Source: Candidatus Thorarchaeota archaeon
GTDB lineage: Archaea > Asgardarchaeota > Heimdallarchaeia > Hodarchaeales > Hodarchaeaceae
Assembly: GCA_048882505.1 (NCBI GenBank)
Contig: JBHLRO010000002.1
Coordinates: 390,001-422,000, forward strand
Direction of reading: 5' to 3'
DNA length: 32,000 nucleotides
The notes under the pieces were generated by a model that saw nothing but the letters and a program-made list of their open reading frames with translations, searched no databases and had not been told where the DNA came from. Shown in pieces: positions 26,773 through 32,000 of the stretch; position 1 is the first letter of the stretch; each line of letters opens with the position of its first letter. The translations under genes were made by a program, and so were the position numbers.

Positions 26773-28590
26773 CTAAAACGAAAATCCACTGATCACCATA
26801 AAGATTCCCAGCAGGATGACAACCCACATGAATAGCCAATTCAGCCCAGACCACCTGTTATGAAATTCTTGACCATCCTCGGTAAGAATTTTCCAAACTT
26901 GAAGTATCGGGGTCGGTTGACGATGATACCAGCCGTATGCTCTGACATTTCGGCCTTGAAGTTCCCCCGCTCGAAACAGTGCAAAGAAGAACGACATAAG
27001 ACCTCCGATAATGGGGATGGCTGGCGAATAATCCAAGGTGATTATCCCCGTATTATCTTGGATAACAAGATCCTCACTGAGGAAATATCCAGGTGTTCCC
27101 CGTCCTACCACTTTTCCCTCAATCACAGCTTTCTTACCTCGTAACGGCGATGCCTCATAATATCCATTCTTGGTTTGGTCCGTCAAACAATGAGTCACCG
27201 TTACTGTAGGATCACTCAACCGTACCTTAGGATACTTCTCCCGACGACGCCATTTCCAAATGAGTCCACAGAGAATTAAGGCAAGTCCTGCACCAATGGT
27301 TCCATTCATGAAGGAGATTCCAGCTGGTCTTACTATTTCACCCAGGAAGAAACCCAATATTGGTAAAATGAAGAAAAGAAAGGGAGCAATATATTGGAGA
27401 AATATATCGATGATAAATTCATCCCAAAGTGATTCTGGAAGTTTTACCTTTCCAACGCCTGGAAATTCAGGAGCCTGACCCTTTTCTTCCTGCATACGAT
27501 TCAGGGCAATTATTCTTTTGGCTGGAAGAGGATGGGTGGATGACAGCTCTAGGAATCGACCCCATGGGTTTGAAAGATCCCATTGGGCCGCCTTGGCTAC
27601 ATTTTCGTCATTCAGTTCTATTCCACGGCCGTATGCGGAATAAGCCAAATTCTTGGCACCTGCAACATCAAAGATACCCAATGAACGCATTCCGGTGTAG
27701 AAGGCAGATTGTTTAGAGGCTTGTCTTCTGGCTGTCGGGGAAAGAGATTCGTCATGTATCCGTTCGGCTACTGCCGCGTCTTCTTTCACCATTCCGTAAG
27801 CAATTTTCACTAACGCCCTCGATAATGCACCAGGCTGCCCTGTAGCTTCGGCCGAAAAACTATCGGCATAAAATTCTCGTACTCGAGACAGAAACAGTAC
27901 TATATAGCGTGAAAGAACATAAGCTATGAGCGCCCCTACTGCCGCAACAGCAGCAATTACCCCCACACTTGCGGCGTCATCACTCCCGCGGCGTCCGCCC
28001 CTGCTTTGTGTACTGTATCTAGCAAAAGTCCATAGACCCTGATAGAATGAATATGCAATCAGAGGAATTGCCGCAGCTACGGTCATCCAGATAAAATCTC
28101 TGTGGACAATGTGTCCAGATTCGTGTGCAACTACTGCGATTTGCTCCTCCTCTGTCAGATAGTTTAAAATTCCCTCCGTAATTGCCATACGAGCTCTTTT
28201 TTTAGTGTGGCCATAAACAAATGCGTTAGGATTGTTATCATGGATGATGGCCACCCATTTGAGGGAAAAATTATTCAATTCCATTTCGTGCCGGAGATAA
28301 CCAACAAGATGGGGAGGAAGATCTTCAACCTGGTATTTGGTCGCATTAAATACCCAACCAATCGTAAAATCCATGATCCATGGAGATATCAAATACTGGA
28401 TAAAAACTACAACAAGTGCGAATAGGATAGGTAATAAAATAATCATGTACTCGGATCCAGGTGGAAACAACCCAGGTACGGTTAGTGAAGCCACTGCAAT
28501 TAGGGCCATACCCAAAATAAATATAAGCCCCCATAGCGCGGACATGATGAATAGACTACGGATGTACAAGTTCCTTGGCATTTTTGACAC
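26773..28590 (-). CDS. htpX: Long-form HtpX (M48) zinc metalloprotease with C-terminal membrane-anchored OB-like domain
   Basis: PNAFVYG, HESGH, SRVREFYAD and STHPLPAKRI, followed by two TMs, a beta-rich domain (EGKVVG...DLVIQDNTGIITLDY) and a terminal TM. Confidence 0.9.
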   Translation of the reverse strand: MSKMPRNLYIRSLFIMSALWGLIFILGMALIAVASLTVPGLFPPGSEYMIILLPILFALVVVFIQYLISPWIMDFTIGWVFNATKYQVEDLPPHLVGYLRHEMELNNFSLKWVAIIHDNNPNAFVYGHTKKRARMAITEGILNYLTEEEQIAVVAHESGHIVHRDFIWMTVAAAIPLIAYSFYQGLWTFARYSTQSRGGRRGSDDAASVGVIAAVAAVGALIAYVLSRYIVLFLSRVREFYADSFSAEATGQPGALSRALVKIAYGMVKEDAAVAERIHDESLSPTARRQASKQSAFYTGMRSLGIFDVAGAKNLAYSAYGRGIELNDENVAKAAQWDLSNPWGRFLELSSTHPLPAKRIIALNRMQEEKGQAPEFPGVGKVKLPESLWDEFIIDIFLQYIAPFLFFILPILGFFLGEIVRPAGISFMNGTIGAGLALILCGLIWKWRRREKYPKVRLSDPTVTVTHCLTDQTKNGYYEASPLRGKKAVIEGKVVGRGTPGYFLSEDLVIQDNTGIITLDYSPAIPIIGGLMSFFFALFRAGELQGRNVRAYGWYHRQPTPILQVWKILTEDGQEFHNRWSGLNWLFMWVVILLGIFMVISGFSF

Positions 28591-28708
28591 CTTTTAGGTT
28601 TAATAAAGTTTAGGTCTAGATCAATACAATGGATTTGAAAAACCTTTAGGTTGCCGAAGGTGTGTATTTTTGGCATTCAGCGGCGACACAGCATGCCCAC
28701 GATTACGT

Positions 28709-28720
28709 AAAGAAAAAAAA
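28709..28720 (-). terminator. Oligo-T terminator candidate after the MFS gene
   Basis: Minus strand reads TTTTTTTTCTTT about 32 nt after the stop codon at 28753. Confidence 0.5.
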
Positions 28721-28752
28721 GGTAGCCCCCTCTAGATGAAGGTACAAGCCGT

Positions 28753-30054
28753 TCATTTGAATTGAGTGTTGGCCTGTTGAGCTCGTTCTTGCAGAATTCT
28801 TCTGATTTGCAATGATTCCCTATCGATCTTTGGGATGCAAAGTGCCCAGGCAAGTGCTGCCACTCCATAAAATCCGAGACTTACAATGAACACGATACTG
28901 TAAGTTGTAACACTAAGCCAAAGCGTTCCCACAATAATTCCGATTATTGCGCCGATCTGATCGGTGATTGAAAATAACGCCCCCAGGCTTCCCCGGTGTT
29001 CCGGTAACGACACTTCAAACATTAAAGAGGTACGGTTCGGGCCAGAGCCGCCCCCAATGAAGCTTCCTAACCAGAAAAATATACTAAAAAGTAAAAACAA
29101 AATCCAAAATGAATCCATGACCAGGAATGCTAGGAAAAACGCTACAGCCTGGCCTATCATACAATAGGCTGCGATTTTTGCCCTTACCTTTGGAGTTTCC
29201 CGTTTCTTCATCATCACATCTCCAAGACGTCCAAAAACGGGATAACCTACCGCCCTTCCACTAGCAATTGTAATGGCAATTACACTTGCCATTCCGATAG
29301 GGATTGACAATCCCGTGGCAAGATAAGATACAAGGAAGTAGGTAAAAATGGTTCCAGGTATTAAAGCAAAAACCCCTTGCAGCATTAACCAAAATATGGT
29401 TCGAGAGGCAAGAATCTCTGGAAGATGAAAGATCTGGATCCTCCATGGATAATCATATTCATCCAAGTGGTGAAATGCCGGTTCTTGCCGCGCCCGCTGG
29501 GGCATTTGGAGGAAAAACAGCCAAATTAAAAGAATCATGCCAATAACAGAGATTACACCAAAGGATGTTCTCCATGTGGTAGGGGTAGCAAAGAGCCCTC
29601 CTAAGAGAATACCCGCCGCTGAAGATCCCACCCAAGAAAGGTTCAAACCTGACGCGATCACTCCTCGATCGTCATACGCCGCAAAGTCTGCCAACAACGA
29701 ATAGGCAAGTGGTGAAAACGTTGACAGTCCAACAGCCATCCCCCACCTTCCTAGGACGTACAAACCTAAGTTTACGGGAGAGAGATAAAGCGTAAATGAG
29801 GGAATAAGCCACAAGACAACTCCAATTCCGAGGAGTTTTTTCCGTTCGAATCGATCAGTAATATATCCCCAAGCCAAGGAGCAAAAAGCTGAAATCGTTA
29901 AGTAACCCGCTTCAACTAATCCCATCAATGGAAATTCAAATGTATTTGCAAGTAAAGTCAGGTATGGTATCGGGAGTGTCGTTCCGATCCCATTGATCAG
30001 GATTAAAGTAAAAAGGAAGGTGAGAGAAAATAATTGACTTAATTGTCTTGCCAG
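28753..30054 (-). CDS. MFS transporter; start extended to a proposed CTG at 30054
   Basis: Motif A WGYITDRFERKK, second-half FGRLGD and about 12 hydrophobic segments. The TM1-like stretch QLFSLTFLFTLILINGIGTTLPIPYL lies upstream of the track's TTG start (29928). AGGAG sits 10 nt before the CTG. Confidence 0.85.
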   Translation of the reverse strand: MARQLSQLFSLTFLFTLILINGIGTTLPIPYLTLLANTFEFPLMGLVEAGYLTISAFCSLAWGYITDRFERKKLLGIGVVLWLIPSFTLYLSPVNLGLYVLGRWGMAVGLSTFSPLAYSLLADFAAYDDRGVIASGLNLSWVGSSAAGILLGGLFATPTTWRTSFGVISVIGMILLIWLFFLQMPQRARQEPAFHHLDEYDYPWRIQIFHLPEILASRTIFWLMLQGVFALIPGTIFTYFLVSYLATGLSIPIGMASVIAITIASGRAVGYPVFGRLGDVMMKKRETPKVRAKIAAYCMIGQAVAFFLAFLVMDSFWILFLLFSIFFWLGSFIGGGSGPNRTSLMFEVSLPEHRGSLGALFSITDQIGAIIGIIVGTLWLSVTTYSIVFIVSLGFYGVAALAWALCIPKIDRESLQIRRILQERAQQANTQFK

Positions 30055-30117
30055 GTGGATATCTCTCCTCAGCTGGAGCTTTTCATCCCAAGGTGACTTA
30101 GGCTTTTGAAAAGATAA

Positions 30118-31656
30118 TCAGGAAAAAATGGAGCTAAGAGATCCCAAACTTATGCCAATGAAAGATAAAGCAGCTCCTACGTATCCTATCAATTTTGCTC
30201 CCAACACCTTGAAGTAGTGTACCAAATCACGGTGGACAGTTATAACAACGGACTTGCCGCTTAATATTCCCTCGGTTTCAGTTGACATTGCAACATTCAC
30301 CACATGCGTACCATGCCGATTTGGGCGAAATTGCAGACTAATGGCATCCCCCACCTGAAGAATACCACTCACCAAGCCAAGTACGTCAACTGGTTCGGTA
30401 GTAGAGGTGAACTCTAAATGAGTATCCGTTGAAGGGATTTCCAAGGTTCCTTCGTCCAATAATAGTGTCTGGGAGGCATCATCTGGATCAAGAGAACTCA
30501 TGGAGGTTTGTGCTTGAATTTGAACCATTCTTTTACGTTTTGTTAAATTCAAGACAAACACTAGGATTCGAAACGGATCAATGTTTCCCATCACTGAAGT
30601 TGGGTGTGTTATGCTTACATATTCCTGTTGCTTCCTCAATAGACCAAGATTATCTTTGACTAGCACAAAAATACGTTGCACAAGCTCGAAAACTTGGGGG
30701 ATCTCATCTTTTATGTCTCGCAGAATTACCCGAAGCGTGTTTTCGCTAATCCCGCTCTCCCATCCTGCTTGCAAACTTCCCAGATAGTTCGGAGCGATAA
30801 TTTCGCTTAGCTCTCGTTGAAAAACATTGTCGGTCATTAGTTCGGGTTTAAATTCTCTTAAATATGTCAGTAGAAAAATTTTCTCGCGAGCTCGTTCCAA
30901 TCTAGTTTGTTCGTCCAGTTTAGGGAGATATTTCGGATGAAGGTGTTCAACGATTGATTGAGACCATTCATCAAAATGAATTCGGGTAATCGGATCGAGT
31001 CTGACTAGGATTGAATCAGTTAGAATATTATCTAACCTGATGGGCAAACTTTTTGGGGAATAAAAGCGCATCAGGCCGCCTGGATGTAGAGCAGTTTTGT
31101 TCGGTAAGCGTAAAAGTAGTGACGCTCCGCTGGAAATTGCCAAAAGACCAATGCTAGCTGTAAAGATGAATAGGCGCCCAATTTCCGATATTTCTTGCAG
31201 GGAGATTGCAGAGACGAAAACAGCGAACGAGATAATAACTGTAATCGTTACCGAGTACGAACCTCGATATAAGAGCCGTATTCTACCATCCACCTCATCA
31301 AATCCTTCTACACCTTCTATCAGTAGTCCAGAACCAGTTATCTTCTTAATTTCCTCGTTAAAAGCCCTTTCCTGCATGAACCCATTAACAGCGAAAGGGA
31401 AAGCTGCAATGATAAGCAGCAGGTATGTTACTACAGTCATATCCCGGATGAATTGAATAAATGCTCCTGGCTCTGATGGAACACCAGCAATATCAGGAAT
31501 AAGCAGATTCCATCGTGAATCCGTTAAATCACTGGGAATAATGGCTTGATAGTAAAGCAATATGGCCAAAACTATCGGAAGTAATCCTAAAAAGATTATT
31601 CCAAACCGCTTGCAATACGAATTTAACATTGAATCAAAATCCATTGGCGATACCAT
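30118..31656 (-). CDS. Uncharacterised multi-pass membrane protein
   Basis: 512-aa ORF with about four N-terminal TM segments, a soluble helical middle (RLDPITRIHFDEW), a beta-rich C-terminal domain and a hydrophobic C-terminus. Confidence 0.85.
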   Translation of the reverse strand: MVSPMDFDSMLNSYCKRFGIIFLGLLPIVLAILLYYQAIIPSDLTDSRWNLLIPDIAGVPSEPGAFIQFIRDMTVVTYLLLIIAAFPFAVNGFMQERAFNEEIKKITGSGLLIEGVEGFDEVDGRIRLLYRGSYSVTITVIISFAVFVSAISLQEISEIGRLFIFTASIGLLAISSGASLLLRLPNKTALHPGGLMRFYSPKSLPIRLDNILTDSILVRLDPITRIHFDEWSQSIVEHLHPKYLPKLDEQTRLERAREKIFLLTYLREFKPELMTDNVFQRELSEIIAPNYLGSLQAGWESGISENTLRVILRDIKDEIPQVFELVQRIFVLVKDNLGLLRKQQEYVSITHPTSVMGNIDPFRILVFVLNLTKRKRMVQIQAQTSMSSLDPDDASQTLLLDEGTLEIPSTDTHLEFTSTTEPVDVLGLVSGILQVGDAISLQFRPNRHGTHVVNVAMSTETEGILSGKSVVITVHRDLVHYFKVLGAKLIGYVGAALSFIGISLGSLSSIFS

Positions 31657-31742
31657 CCAAGAAGATCAGACGTAATCACCCGTTCAACTTTCCTTCAGAA
31701 ATAAAATATCTGCTGAAATAGCGAAATTCCCTACCTACCCCC

Positions 31743-31749
31743 TTATAAA
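31743..31749. promoter_or_regulatory. TATA-like box in a divergent intergenic region
   Basis: TTATAAA between the divergent starts at 31656 and 31806. Confidence 0.35.
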
Positions 31750-31805
31750 CGGTAGCCACCACTACTTAAACCAGGAAACGAACACCAATTTAGGAATGAA
31801 AGCTA

Positions 31806-32000
31806 TTGGAAGACCCTCCCGATCCGCCAGAACCATCGGATGACCAAGATGATAGAAAATCGGTCCTGTTTCTTTGCACACATAATAGTGCCCGATCTCA
31901 AATGGCAGAAGGTATCCTTAAGGCAAGATTTTCCTCTAAATACAAAGTATATAGTGCTGGAACCCATCCAACCTCTGTGAAACGCGAAGCCATCCAAGCT
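31806..32000 (+). CDS. arsC: Arsenate reductase / LMW-PTP family protein (3'-truncated; absent from the ORF track)
   Basis: Manual translation gives MEDPPDPPEPSDDQDDRKSVLFLCTHNSARSQMAEGILKARFSSKYKVYSAGTHP..., with P-loop CX5R and SAGT. TTG start follows an in-frame TGA (31797-31799), and TAGGA lies 10 nt upstream. Confidence 0.92.
   Translation, partial: MEDPPDPPEPSDDQDDRKSVLFLCTHNSARSQMAEGILKARFSSKYKVYSAGTHPTSVKREAIQA

Noticed and set aside
31803-31997. 64-aa minus-strand ORF
   Set aside because: Antisense to the clearly recognisable arsC frame that the track omitted.
1-32000. tRNA, rRNA, CRISPR arrays, IS elements, integrases
   Set aside because: No cloverleaf, regularly spaced repeat, terminal inverted repeat or transposase/integrase motif was seen by eye in the intergenic gaps or ORFs.

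Overview
A gene-dense archaeal chromosomal window with about 26 real CDSs. I found no tRNA/rRNA, CRISPR array or mobile element. An Asgard origin (Heimdallarchaeia/Hodarchaeales-like) is inferred from a DRG-type GTPase, a COG1340-like coiled-coil protein, GGAG/GGTGA ribosome-binding sites, TATA-like boxes and a receiver fused to a longin-like domain. In order: a 5'-truncated coiled-coil/winged-helix protein, MoxR AAA+ ATPase and VWA protein on the plus strand; an M48 protease, SERCA-like P2A ATPase and DRG GTPase on the minus strand; a HAD hydrolase and a hypothetical; a 12-kb minus-strand run (ABC-2 exporter, response regulator, extended SDR, degenerate DNA methyltransferase, PepV-like M20 peptidase, GH57, two small-domain paralogues, wHTH regulator, MEDS-like histidine kinase, nitroreductase); a coiled-coil protein, CCG-domain Fe-S protein and nitrilase; a long HtpX, an MFS transporter, an unknown membrane protein, and a 3'-truncated arsC that the ORF track missed. 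The best leads are: (1) a canonical EF-hand loop inserted in the M48 membrane protease directly downstream of the Ca2+-pump gene, suggesting a Ca2+-gated membrane proteolysis module; (2) a receiver domain with a longin/uDENN-like output domain; (3) an A11 tract whose length decides whether MoxR and VWA are fused or separate; (4) a coupled pair of PC4/PUR-like paralogues co-transcribed with a catalytically dead methyltransferase; (5) an MFS gene that lacks a canonical start and is in frame with the upstream TGA. All family calls come from motif recognition by eye; no database search was run.
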